Position numbers and translations under genes: made by a program. The notes under the pieces were generated by a model, which saw nothing but the letters and a program-made list of their open reading frames with translations, was not told where the DNA came from and made no database searches. DNA of 62,896 nt, filler included, from Calcarisporiella thermophila CBS 279.70 (Eukaryota > Fungi > Calcarisporiellomycota), in the NCBI RefSeq assembly GCF_041956535.1. It is 8 parts of 7 records of this genome, joined end to end, with 100 filler letters (N's around TTAATTAATTAA, not from the genome) between each part and the next. Parts side by side here need not be neighbours in the genome. Positions count along the whole stretch, not along the records: positions 1 to 16,570 come from NW_027192240.1; 7 more parts are not named here. The stretch is one strand, 5' to 3'. Positions 1-12,000 of this stretch are shown here, piece by piece; position 1 is the first letter of the stretch, and the number at the start of each line of letters is the position of its first letter.

Positions 1-642
1 ATGCGGCATACTGTAACCCTTCATCCCATTGACTCTCTGTGCCCTTTTTAGTGCCCGTAGAGCATCATGTGTATTTCTACACGTTTTTAGATGCTCAAAT
101 AGATGGTCGGGATCTTGCCGGCGCTCTTGAGGACGGTAGGTGCCGAGAATCGACTCTGCACATAGTTGGATGGCATGAAGAAGATGCCCTTCCGCTTCTT
201 CTATCACCTCCTGGGCTTCCTCTGGTTGCGAGTTGGTGAAAAAGGTAGCAAGATTAGCCAGAGGTTGGGTGAGTGTGCGAGTTAAGTGCGAGTAGGTAGA
301 CTGGAAGAGCCTCAATGTTGGTGCATCCTCCAAATACTTTAGATAATACCGGGGAATGCTCGCCTGGCTTGGCAGGCCACGAAAAGCGTTGTTCTCAACT
401 GGAATTTTGACAACCAGCTGCAGAAGATAGAGATGGTCGGTGTCCACTGGGGGATCAATTGCAGAATAGTTTACATTTATGACGAGATCCGAATGAACAA
501 ACGTGTGGTCCACCATGTTCTGGCTTTTTTCCTCGGCCTCCAATGTCAGAGGTGACAGGGACCACTTGGCCACATAGTCGCAAAACAGGTCAACTGCGCT
601 TCCTAGGGGACTCCTCCAATTGCCGCATATATCCCTATGAAC
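1..642 (-). mobile_element. Non-LTR (LINE) ORF2 fragment, end of APE-endonuclease-like domain plus linker, runs off window start
   Basis: Manual translation of the minus strand gives an open frame ...KSQNMVDHTFVHSDLV...PPVDTDHLYLL...PRYYLKYLED...LLHAIQLCAESILG. The xxDHxF...S/TDH pattern resembles the C-terminus of LINE APE domains. Confidence 0.5.
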
Positions 643-1005
643 CTAAACAAATCGTATTTACCGAAATTTTTATTTCCATGTTCATTCCATTATCTGCTTC
701 AATTTCCCTAGCAATTACGCCGGGATCTAAATCAGCAATTTGTGACACGCTTGACCATGGGCATTGGTCTTCGATCCCTTGGTCGTGGATTCCATGTGTA
801 ATTTGAATTCCATCACTAGGTGAGAGGAAATTCTTAATACCGGTGCCAGAATAATGCCCGATGAATATAAAACATCAAAAAATAAAAGTTAGCTATACAA
901 TATATATCCTGTAAAGAAACTCAAAAGTTTATGATGAGGTTATGCGGAAACAAAAAACTAATGTTATCTCATACTGGGGCACTTATAGTTAAAGCGAAGT
1001 CAAAT

Positions 1006-1413
1006 TTAGCATCTCCATCTGACCCCCCCCCCTGAGCCTTTTGTCGGGTTTTTTTTCCGGTGATTATGTGCTCGAGGCGCTTCCCCCCAATTTTGTTGAA
1101 GATTTTCAAGCTCGGCCGGGTCAGTGTTTGGTACGGGCTTTACCTGTTCACATGATTCAGCTTTTTCGGTTGCAGCAGCATCTAGCTGCTGTTTTAACCG
1201 CGCTCTCCTAGCACGAGCTTCCAGTCGCTTTTTTTCTCGCCGTTTAGCGGCTCTAATCGGATCCGCCATAATACGTGCATAAAGTTCGCGTTGACGACGT
1301 GCATCCCCTTCTCTGATCTTTTTTCTTTTCTCCGCTAATTCATCTTCGGCGCTATTTCTATTTGTATCCATGCTGTTTGAGATTTCGAGAAATTTTAGCT
1401 CTGTAGAATACAC
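1006..1413 (-). CDS. Hypothetical charged/coiled-coil protein (possibly exon of a spliced gene continuing to ~633)
   Basis: 135-aa ORF with R/K/E-rich helix RQRELYARIMADPIRAAKRREKKRLEARARR; no recognisable domain. Confidence 0.25.
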   Translation of the reverse strand: MYSTELKFLEISNSMDTNRNSAEDELAEKRKKIREGDARRQRELYARIMADPIRAAKRREKKRLEARARRARLKQQLDAAATEKAESCEQVKPVPNTDPAELENLQQNWGEAPRAHNHRKKNPTKGSGGGVRWRC

Positions 1414-1997
1414 GACTTAGGCTCTTTAATAATGTCGTGCGTATCTCTGCAATAATATCATTGTTATTAACTTATTATGGCTTAGCTATTACTTTGTTAT
1501 TTTCTGGTGTAATTTTTATGGGAAGATATATTCATCGGAGATTACATATTCTTTTCTTATTTAAAAACCACTCATTGATTCCTTTTGCTCCTCACCGATC
1601 TCTATATTTTATTAAGATCGCCTGTCTACCATTTGAGCCCTGTTACACAATTCTCGTAATAATGACCAACTCCTTCCTACAAAAATTTTTGAATATTATT
1701 TCCAAGACACGTGTCCAGTTTTTTGGAATAAATAATTTTTTCGACATTTGTTCACTATGAACCCAAGGGACGAATAAAATTCCACAGAGCACGTTTCCCG
1801 GTTTCCATATTCCGTATGTTAAATTATACGTGAGCCAAATGGTGCTTTTGATATTAGATTACTAAAAATCCTTTAAAGTTTACACGGAGTTTAATTAGGG
1901 TGGCTTTTTGCAGGGAGAAAAGAAAAATACTTTAATTTTAATCGCAGAATGTCCTATAAGTGTTGGAGAAATTGAAGGGTTGAATGATACACTGTAT

Positions 1998-3725
1998 TTA
2001 ATGAGCGAGACAATTGAGATTTTCTGTCCAGTATTCACTTCCTACGCACTTATTGCAAGTAAACAAATCGGTAGGATCTATCTCCTTCTTAACTTCCCTA
2101 AGCTGCTGGTAATTGCTGCCGAAGAATGCAAATTGCCAATTGGGTTCGTTTGGATCAGCCTCATTCACGTAACATCCTGATCCCGGCGTAATATCCCGTA
2201 GCGGTTGTGTAGCATTCCTCAAACTTTGGGTTGCATATTTTCTCTCTACTTCGGTTGCGTTATCCATCGTGCCTCCCATCGCGTACACATGCCATAGAGC
2301 CTTCCTCCAAGCTGGGTTAACAGAAGTGTCATTTCCCCCAGCTCGCGCTACTGCACCTCCAGCAACGAAATTGCCGATTACACCACTTATAGTGTTTTTG
2401 ATTATCTTTGATAAAATGTCTGCGAGTTGATCGACATCAGCATCGGTTTCGAAGTTTTTTCTAGGAATCAATCTGGAGCTAAGTTGCACGTTATACCCGG
2501 CTGGTTCTTTGCACGAAGGGTAATCATGACAGATCTTGGAGAGCTGCCAGTCATAGAAAGATGAGAAAGCGGTGATATTTTCAGAGTAGGATACACCAGT
2601 ATGATATTTGATGATGTTAACAAGTGTGGCAAAGGAGTCTTTAGCAAAAGTCGTATTCGTGCCTAGGGAAAGATAGTTGATACTAATTTGCTTATCCTTC
2701 AGATTAAAATAACCTCCCCATCCTGCATCCGATAGATATGGGGTGATTTTAATGAATGTTCTTAATATGTCTTTATAGCTGGCTAGATCCGTAGCGTTAA
2801 TAATATAGCGTGCGCCTATAACATTGTCGGGGGCTTTGTGCGTCTTGTGGGTGGCAGATATGACAACTCCAAAAGTTCCTCCTCCTCCTCCGCGAAGTGC
2901 CCAGAAGAGATCTTTATTTTGACAGGCATTTGCAATGCGAAGCTGACCATCAGCAGTTACCACGGTGTACTGCAGGATGTTATCCGCGCTTAAACCAAAC
3001 GTAGGAGACAGTGGGCTATGACCACCACCCTGAACATACCCTCCTGCTGCCCCCACTGTTAAAGATGATCCGCCCACTATCACTAATTTTCGTGTTTCAG
3101 CGGCTCGATACACATCTCCCCATCGAACCCCGGCCTCTACTGTAACAGCAGAGGTTCCTTGATTAACATTACACCCCTCTGGAATGAAGCTATCATAAAA
3201 AGTGATATTTCGGAGATAGTGCGTCCAAATACTCAATGAACCGGGCGCAGTGCTCCTGCCAAGGAAATCGTGACCAGTATTCTTAATAATAATTCGTAGA
3301 TTATGTTGCGCTGCAAATATTACCGCTTTTTGAATTTCAGCTCCGCTCGTAACATTAACGGAGTATACGGGAACCGCTCCCTGCAAGCATGGTGTTGTTC
3401 TATTATCAGTATTCAAGCAGCCAATATTCCCATCGATTTCCCACCCAGTCCACACTAAACCTCCCGGTTGCTCCTCGCGCCAGAGAGCGTCATTCCAATT
3501 TTTCTTTACTAAATCGCAAGCTGCTTCATTGTAATGGGGATCATGACAAGGATATGCAATAGGTGTGGTTGATAATAGATGTCCTCCAACTGAAGCATTA
3601 AATCGCTCCCAAAGTTGGTCGGTCGGCCAGCAAGTATCGCCTGGTTGGCAGCGGCATCTTTGAGCGATGGCTGTGAGGGAGATTGTAGAAATGCATAATA
3701 TTAAACTGAAAAGAGACAAAATCAT
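1998..3725 (-). CDS. Secreted FAD-linked oxidoreductase, berberine-bridge-enzyme (BBE)-like / isoamyl-alcohol-oxidase-like
   Basis: Intronless 575 aa with signal peptide, CRCQPGDTCWP, FAD-attachment motif KNTGHDFLGRS, GGYVQGGGHSPLS, DLFWALRGGGGGTFG and C-terminal BBE motif YVNEAD...FFGSNY. Confidence 0.93.
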   Translation of the reverse strand: MILSLFSLILCISTISLTAIAQRCRCQPGDTCWPTDQLWERFNASVGGHLLSTTPIAYPCHDPHYNEAACDLVKKNWNDALWREEQPGGLVWTGWEIDGNIGCLNTDNRTTPCLQGAVPVYSVNVTSGAEIQKAVIFAAQHNLRIIIKNTGHDFLGRSTAPGSLSIWTHYLRNITFYDSFIPEGCNVNQGTSAVTVEAGVRWGDVYRAAETRKLVIVGGSSLTVGAAGGYVQGGGHSPLSPTFGLSADNILQYTVVTADGQLRIANACQNKDLFWALRGGGGGTFGVVISATHKTHKAPDNVIGARYIINATDLASYKDILRTFIKITPYLSDAGWGGYFNLKDKQISINYLSLGTNTTFAKDSFATLVNIIKYHTGVSYSENITAFSSFYDWQLSKICHDYPSCKEPAGYNVQLSSRLIPRKNFETDADVDQLADILSKIIKNTISGVIGNFVAGGAVARAGGNDTSVNPAWRKALWHVYAMGGTMDNATEVERKYATQSLRNATQPLRDITPGSGCYVNEADPNEPNWQFAFFGSNYQQLREVKKEIDPTDLFTCNKCVGSEYWTENLNCLAH

Positions 3726-4205
3726 TGTTTTTAATTGAGGTAGTATTTATTGTGAAGTTAAGGTACTGTATTTATACAAAGAAGTGCCAAGTATCCAGTC
3801 ACTAGCCACACTGGCTCGTTCAGAACATTCTATTATACCTTGTTGTAAAAGTACATTGAATAACGCTTATTGATTATTTCATACTATAATAAGCAGCGAC
3901 TACAGTATTACTAAACTTCGACTCATCTACAAAAATACTAGAATTGTCCTAGACCACGTCATTTTTTTTTTTTTTTGCGAGATATCTCGGACATATCTGG
4001 CCAAGAAATGGACTGAAAAATTAGTCACAGTCAACTAGATCAAAATACCACTTTTGATCCATTTAAATACAGCCGCGTAGGGTTGTAAATTGGTATTTTA
4101 TTTTTTTCTGACGAGCTGTCGGATATGTCGGATACATCAGAAATCCGTGTTTTTTGTATTTTATCGGTGTTTTTTGTATTTTGTTTTTTCTAGCCAAGCC
4201 CCATA

Positions 4206-4351
4206 TGTGACGGGGGTTTTTAGTTGGAGAGAAAGATTTAACTCCTCATTGATTTACTACAATCTCAAATGTACCTATATATATCCAATAAATGATGACG
4301 TAGCTACGTAGACACAGAGATTAAGAAGATCTGAAAGTAACATATGTAACA
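4206..4351. mobile_element. Short solo LTR-like element, copy 1
   Basis: TGTGAC...GTAACA termini, 146 bp, flanked by 5-bp direct repeat CCATA (4201-4205, 4352-4356); near-identical to 4368-4511. Confidence 0.75.
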
Positions 4352-4367
4352 CCATAGAAGCCTCGAT

Positions 4368-4511
4368 TGTGACGGGGGTTTTTAGTTGGAGAGAAAGATT
4401 TAACTCCTTATTAATTTATTACAATCTCAAATGTACGTATATATATCCAATAAATGATGATGTAGCTACGTAGACAGAGATTAAGAAGATCTGAAAGTAA
4501 CATATGTAACA
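4368..4511. mobile_element. Short solo LTR-like element, copy 2
   Basis: Same termini, 144 bp, flanked by its own 5-bp direct repeat TCGAT (4363-4367, 4512-4516). Confidence 0.75.
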
Positions 4512-4636
4512 TCGATCTAAGCTGTGAATAAGCCATCAATTACATATATGGAAAAATTTCATTACACTTGAAATTTAGAGTAATCTTTTAAAAAGAAGTT
4601 CCATTGCAAGGTTCTTATATTTCCTGTCAGATTTAG

Positions 4637-6430
4637 TTGAAAATGGATTGTAATAAGAGTCCTCTTTGGGAATCCGTTGAGATAATTGAACGCAAGCACA
4701 AAAGCTCTTTTGTCCGTTGTATTCATTGCAATGAAAAATTTTGGGCGACAGGTGCGAATCGTATCAAAACCCAGCTATTAAAATGTCAGAGCCCCGAAGA
4801 TGATGAAAATGCTGATATAGCAATATCAGAAACGTCGTCAGACTCGGATTGTGAGGCCACAAGTCTAGGAAAACGTAATTACGTCGCAACTGAATTTGAT
4901 GAAAACGATATTGCTGAGCTTGATCTGCTCGCAAATGCATTCTATAGTGAAGATGTATCCTTTAATTTTATAGAAAATAATTACTTTATCCGATTTATAA
5001 AGAAATTGAATCCTAACTATACTCCTTTCTCACGCTATAGGCTTGCGAATCCGCTTTTATCCAAAACATAAGAAGATGTTAAACAGAAAGTTGAACACAG
5101 CCTGAAAACTAGCGAGAACATATATCTTATAACTGATTCATGGACAAATATCAGAAGGGAATCTATAATGAATTTTGTGATAACTACACCTAAACCCTTT
5201 TTCTATGATACTATATCTACGGGCACTAATCGGCATACAGGAGAATAGATTGCAAGTGAAATATCCAAAGTAATTAGAAGGATTGGTGTAGAAAAAGTCA
5301 AGGCAATAGTGACTGATAATGCGGCAAATATGAAAGCAGCCTGGAGTATACTTGATAAGGAGTTTAGCAATCTTGTGTGCTCTGATTGTGCTTCACATGC
5401 TACTAACTTACTGCTAATGGTTGTTTTGAGCCTTCCATGGGCATCGAGCACAATTGGCGAAGTGAAAACAATTGCAAAATGGTTTCGAAATCACTCGGTT
5501 CCTTATTCTATTCTCAAGAGGGTCCAAAAAGAAAAGCTCGGACATGAAATTGCACTTGCGCTTCCGGTTGAGACGCGGTGGCTCTCTTATTCAAAATGCT
5601 TGGAATCCGTTTTGGCTTCGCGCATTCCCCTCCAAATAGCAGCCTTGGAACTCACTGCTCATCCAAATAGAGGCAATGAAGTATTGAATTGTTTACTTCA
5701 AATTTCTTGGTGGAATAAGCTGGAGGAGCTGAGAAATTTGGTCAACCCAATTACGGCTGTAATTACAGATTTTGAGAAAGACATCGCCTTTCACTTGGTA
5801 ACCAATATTACTTTTCATTAATGAAAATGACTGTAATGCGTCCAAGTGATCAGAGCAAAGACTTGCCAGAAAAGATTGCTGCTCGGTTCAATTTTATAAA
5901 AAAGCCAGTGATGACAGTGGCTCACGTGCTCGATCCTAAGCATTCAGTCTTCACTTATAAAAAAAAATCATTAGAAGAGATACAACAATATTTATCCGAA
6001 AGATATCCCGAAGAAGAGGCAGATGAAATATACACAGATTTGCTGCTCTTTAATACGAAATCAGCACCATTTAATTCCCGTTACCTCTGGTCTGCTGCCA
6101 AAAATATAGATCCCATAGCTTGGTGGAACGCACATGAGAAACTCTCGCCAAAGTTAGCGAAGCTAGCCATCATTGCCTGCTTCATCAGCTGCTTCAGAAA
6201 GAAGCTGGTCAACATTCGGGTTCGTACACAATGGAAATAGGAATCGAATGAAAAACCGAAGAGCATTTAATTTGGTGTATATTTACTCCAATTTGCGCAT
6301 TCTAAATAGGTTAGGTGATTCTCAGTTCTGGTTTACTGAAGAGGAAGAGGAAGAGAAAGAGGAAGAGGTGGAGGAAGTGAAGGAGTACATCGACAATATG
6401 TCCCAAGAAAAAGATATTCCAGAAAATTAA
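4637..6430 (+). pseudogene. Degenerate hAT transposase (BED finger, DUF659-type DDE core, hATC dimerisation domain)
   Basis: SPLWE...VRCIHC BED-like finger; TDSWTNI, VTDNAANMKAAW, CASHATNL, PVETRW; C-terminal PASSAASERSWSTFGFVH. Broken by stops and frameshifts. Confidence 0.9.
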
Positions 6431-7032
6431 TGCGGCTCAACGTGCGAATGGTGAAGCATGTCTTTCTCAAAACCTGCAATTACAGACATTATTGAGTTGA
6501 CTAAATCACTCAGCTTTCCCGATTTAATCCACAAAGAATATTCTTTTATTGATCGTAATATCTTGAATTAAGGTCATTATTGTATATAATATGGGCGATA
6601 TAAATAATTGGAAATTATGATATTATATTATATATCAGTATTTTTTCGCATATTTGTCTTCTATTCATTCATTTTCGAGAGTTTATATATGATATGAGAT
6701 ATAGTCTTATTTTCTTTATAATTTGGTGTTAAAATATAGCTATATTCCCTAGGAAAATCCATGTGGCTGATTACAAGTAATACAGCCCCGTCCGAAATTG
6801 GAGGAATACCCAAGCCACATCTCCTTGGACGCCAAATGTTTCATCATCTCCTTATAAAATTAGAGTGGAAGAGCTATTATAAAAAAACTGCAGAGCCTAC
6901 ACTTTTTTTAGGGATATGTGCATGCCATGTTTAACAAACAAAAGTTGGCGCTCTGGGAAGTTGAAGTTATAAAAAGTGCATTTCTACATAATTAAATATC
7001 TTACAATATAGCTACTATTTTGATCGATCATT

Positions 7033-7175
7033 GGGGTGTTCACGCTTCCAGCTTATTCGGATTATTTTATTATTTTATTTATTAACTGGCTACTAAAACC
7101 ATTAACCAATCACAATGCGCTATTTCGCTTATTTATGATAAAAATAATCCGAATAAGCGGAAGCGTGAACACCCC
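7033..7175. mobile_element. MITE with ~35-bp terminal inverted repeats and 4-bp TSD
   Basis: GGGGTGTTCACGCTTCC(A)GCTTATTCGGATTATTTT is matched in reverse by AAAATAATCCGAATAAGCGGAAGCGTGAACACCCC; CATT on both sides (7029-7032, 7176-7179). Confidence 0.8.
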
Positions 7176-7196
7176 CATTATTTTCTCTTTTACTAC

Positions 7197-8222
7197 CTAA
7201 TACTTTGTGTGCCCTCCCTTAGCGAAGCACATAGCGCGTATCCTCTCCGGCATGCTTGCGTAGAGTTTTCCGATGTATTCCTTATCGATGCTTTCCCACT
7301 CTGTTTCAATTCGTTCCCATAACTCATCTTTGCTTTTGGGCATTCTGCGATAATTGGCAAGTCTTCGCTTTAATTCACTCCACATGTGCTCCATGATATT
7401 GAGATCGGGAGACTGCGAAGGCCACTCTAGTACCTGTAGCTTGTTGTCTTGAAGCCAGGCTTTAGTGATATTAGCTGTATGCTTGGGGTCATTATCATGT
7501 TGGAATATCACTTCCGACTTGTCGACCCCATAATATTCCAAAGTCCATCTATATTCTTCACTGAGAATCTTATAATAAAGTTGAGCATCGAGCCCTTCGT
7601 TGATTCGACAGAGGTAGCCAACTCCATGTGCTGTAGTACAGCCCCACGCCATCAGGTAACCACCCCCGTGTTTTAGAGTAGGTTGGATATGACGGCTACG
7701 AAGAGGACCGCCCTTGTGCTTGTAATAGTATTGTTTGCCTCCCTCATTCGCGAGTGTTATTTTCGTTTCATCAGAAAATATTACTCGCTTCCAATCTTCT
7801 TCAGTCCAATGAAGATGCTTCTTTGCAAACTCCAGACGCCTTCGACGATGTGAAGCTGTAAGAAGAGGCTTCTTTGGACGAACTCGAGTGAGCAGTTCAT
7901 TTCTTTGGATGATCCTCTTTACGTTGCTAGTTGACACATCCATATCGTATTCGGCTTTCAGGAGTTCTGTCACCTCGGTTGCATTTTTACACCGGCCGGA
8001 TACTAATAGTGTAGCAATCTTTCTTTCATCTCTTTCACTCAGATTTCGAGGGCGACCGGCAGATGGCCTCTTAAGGTCAGGACGTTGCCTCGCTTCCTCT
8101 CTGACGACCTTTGCTGCCGTGGTATGATGTATATTCAGAGCATCTGCAATCATTCGTGAGGAGGCCCCTTCTTTTGCGCGCTGGATAATACTAGCGCGGA
8201 TCTTGTTTGGGATGGGTTTCAT
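7197..8222 (-). mobile_element. Tc1/mariner transposase (Tc1-type DDE), intact ORF
   Basis: 341 aa, N-terminal HTH, GRPR, KKPLL, catalytic VIFSDETK / FQHDNDPKHT / SPDLNIMEHMW, C-terminal KGGHTKY. A candidate TIR start TA|CAGCCCCG lies at ~6783; the partner TIR was not found. Confidence 0.93.
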
Positions 8223-9038
8223 CCTGGCAGCTCTTATTAATATTGTTATTAGAGAATAAATATATATATAAATATATATATATAATTCTTACTTAGGCCT
8301 AGCCTAAGTCTAACCCATATGCCAATCCGACATGGACAATGATAGCACGAGTTCTTCGGAAGGTGATGTTGGAACAAGTGAACCTAACGATAGTAACTCC
8401 ATATTAGCCATCAGCCCCATGGTTTTCTTCTTTTCTACAGATGAAACTGGAGGGTCCGATCAAGATACCGGAGAAGGCAATTCGTCTGGCAGCAACACAG
8501 ACAAAGCACCCACTGAAGATCAGATCACGGTATTTGACCGCTTGGCGCATCTCAGGGAATAATTGAGAAAAAAGATTGCTTCTCTAGATACACAGGAATT
8601 GCTGCTACGCGGCAAAGGGAGACTGGCTAAGCATCGCAACTATTCCTCAGCGCAAAAGAAATGGTGTGCAGCAAACAATACCCCGCCTTTCCAAGCCCCA
8701 ACGTTGGCAATAGCTGCCTTTTTGGTTGAGCAACACAAGGAAAAGTCACAAAGTCTTATCAACTTTATCGTTCAGCGATCGGAGAGATCCAATCGGGTGG
8801 AAACCCTCATCAGGACCCCTTGGTCGTCGAGGTTCTTAGATAAATAGCTAGAGAGGCACCACCCATCAATCTTGCCGAGAGACCCTTAGACATCTCCCCG
8901 ATTATTGATCATTTTAAAAAGACGACAAACTCGACATTTGATTTGCTCGCACTCACGTACAAACTGACATGATTATTCGCAATGGTCACATTTTCAAGAG
9001 TCTCCGACTTGGATCGCATGGACTCTCAGTCTATAGTC

Positions 9039-12000
9039 AATAGTCCTTGATTTTTGCAAAGAATATATTAATCAATCTTTTTCTTGAATTACTTGAATTG
9101 GAATATTTGGAACTCCGAACACTCCAGTGCTCGAGAAATCTTACACTTTGGTAGCGACGACTTCGATCTAATGACGTGAAACTACGAGAATCCAGAAATC
9201 TTAAATAAGACACCAGACCCTAGATACCAGAATTATTTTACGAAACAGCAACATTGAAATAATGGAACCGATTTTTGTACCAACACCTTTACGTATGCCT
9301 GAACCCGCCAGATTTAGTGGCAGACATTAGCTTAATGTACGCGAATAGATTGATCAAGTTGAGAACTATTTTGTGGGAACGAATCCTCCTGAACATATGA
9401 AGGACCCGTATGCCATCGCTCTATTCCAAGATGAAGCCCTTATTTGGTGGAGACACTTAAAAATATAAGGCGAGTGCCAACGGAGTGGGAAACCTTTAAA
9501 AACGAGGCCATCATCATCTTTCAACCTATTAACTCGGTTAATCATGCGAGGGATAAGCTTAAGACAACGACAGAGCGTACAGGAGTATGCTGTAACCTTA
9601 CGTTCACTAGCAACGCAAATTCCAAGCAACTGAGAAGGAACTTGTCGACAAGATTATTCGTGGATTGAAACTGCGAACAAGAGAGGAAATAAAATACAAG
9701 AATCCGTCCACCTTAAACGATGCAGTTAGAGAAGCTGAGCGTTACGATGCCGTTTATTTCCGAGACCGTAATCGCCCCGAACTCAATTTTCGCGCCTCGA
9801 CTAGTCGCGAAAGTCATAACTGACCACGACCAATGGAACTCGAAGCGATCCAAAAACATAAAAGGCTCAATGAGAACGAAAAGGAACGACTGAGAAAGAG
9901 CGGATCGTGTTTTTTCTGTCGCGAGAAAGGTCACATTGATCAAGCCTGTCCTAAGAAAGCGAGAAGCGCACAATCATCGTCGGAAAAATTCAAGTCCCGG
10001 TGCTGATAGGGATCTCCATTGGGACCGAAGGTGAAAATATTTTATCCGACAATTCCCCACCATCCCAATTCAACACAACGAATCAACACGGAGTCCTTCT
10101 GATGAATCGAGGATTTCTAGATAAATACCCGGTCAAGGTTCTCGTTGATGGAGGAGCGTCTGACAACTTTGTGACTAAAGGTCTAGCCTATTGTTTTGAC
10201 AACAAGATAATTGAAACCCCTAGTTTTGAATTATCTTTCGCCAACGGTTAAAAGCAGATCTGTAGCCGAAAACTCGTGGACGTTCACCTACGATTTGGAG
10301 ATTATGAGCAAGTACTTAACTTTGTTGTCGCCTATCTTCCACATTATGATATCGTCTTGGGGAAGCTTTGGTTGGCTGAAAACAACTCTCAGATCAATTG
10401 GAGAGAAAATATGGTAACAATCTGGTACAAGGATCAAGAGATCATGCTCAAGGATACGCAGTGCAATAGTGTGGAAATACTAACTGCAATGCAGTTCAAG
10501 CGCGTCACCAAAGGTCACAAAATTTATGCGGTAATATTGAAGGAAGAAAACGACGCAGAACCACCTCAACTCAATATGAACAAGGATATCGGGGAAATAA
10601 TCGCCAGCTACGAGAATGTATTTCCTAATGAGTTGCCAGCCGGATTACCACCAGAAAGAACCGTTGATCATCACATTGAACTCGCACCAGGTACCGAACC
10701 ATCGTCAAAGGCGACATATCGATTAAGCTATCCTGAGATGGACAAAATGCATAGGCAGCTGCAAGAATTGCTTCGAAAAGGTTTCATCCAGCCCAGCAAT
10801 TCACTATTCGGCGAGCCAGTGATATTCGCTAAAAAAAGGTGCCGACCTAAGGATGTGCAGCGACTTTGGATCGCGAGTTTGCATGGAGTGACAACTGTGC
10901 AATATTGTTTCAATTACTGAAGACCAAGTTAATCACGGCACCGACAATCAAGGTCCCGAACCCGAACGAGAAATTTATTGTAATCACGAACGCGTCAGAT
11001 TTTGCCATCGGTGCTGTACTTTTCCAAAATAACTCGTCTGACAATGTGTTACACCCTGTTGCATTCGAATAGCATAAGCTATCGGCAAGCGACCAGAATT
11101 ACGCAACACGCAAGAAGGAGCTTTTCGCGATAGTACGTGAATTGAGAACCTGGAGACATTATTTACACGGACAAACGTTCACTGTTTATTCGGATCACGC
11201 GTTACTCAGATATTTTCAAACGCAACCAACATTCACGCGCAGACAAGCGAGATGGGTGGAGACACTTCAAGAATTTCAGTTCGAGATTAAATATCAACCG
11301 GGACGCAACAACACCGTAGCCGACGCACTCTCAAGACGACCAGACTTCAGAGTTAACACGATATCAACACTACTACCTCCGGACGATGTGAAAGAAGTTA
11401 TACTTGTAAGTAACAAGTACAATGATGATCCAGCTTTCACTGATATCTACAAATACCTTAGAAGCCTTGAATTGCCGTTACCACGATAACTTGCGCATGT
11501 CATCAAGGGTTTCTGTGTAAGGAACAATTTTCTCTTCTTCGGGGAAGGAGAGAGTAAAAATCAGTTATGCATCTCTAACGACAAGGAACTACAGTGGCAA
11601 ATTCTTCGCGAGAATCATGATATTACGATCGCTGGACACTTAGGGATTGAGAAGACATGCGAGCGGATTCATCGATTTTTCTACTGGCCCAGATCACGAG
11701 ATGCCGTCAAGAAATACGTGAAGAGTTGCGAGATATGGCAAAGGACCAAGACGAGCAACAATCTTCCAACAGGATTTCTTCAACCACTCGAGACTCCAAC
11801 GCAAAAGTGGCAACAAGTATTGGTGGACTTGATTGTACATCTGCCAAGAACTAGAAAGGGATACGACGCGATAGTAGTATTCGTTGATCGACTCATGAAA
11901 ATGGCACACTTTTCTCTAACAACCACGTCAGCGAACGAGCCAGGGATAGCGAGAATATTATTCGACACTTTTTTCAAATTGCATGAATAACCACAAGTGA

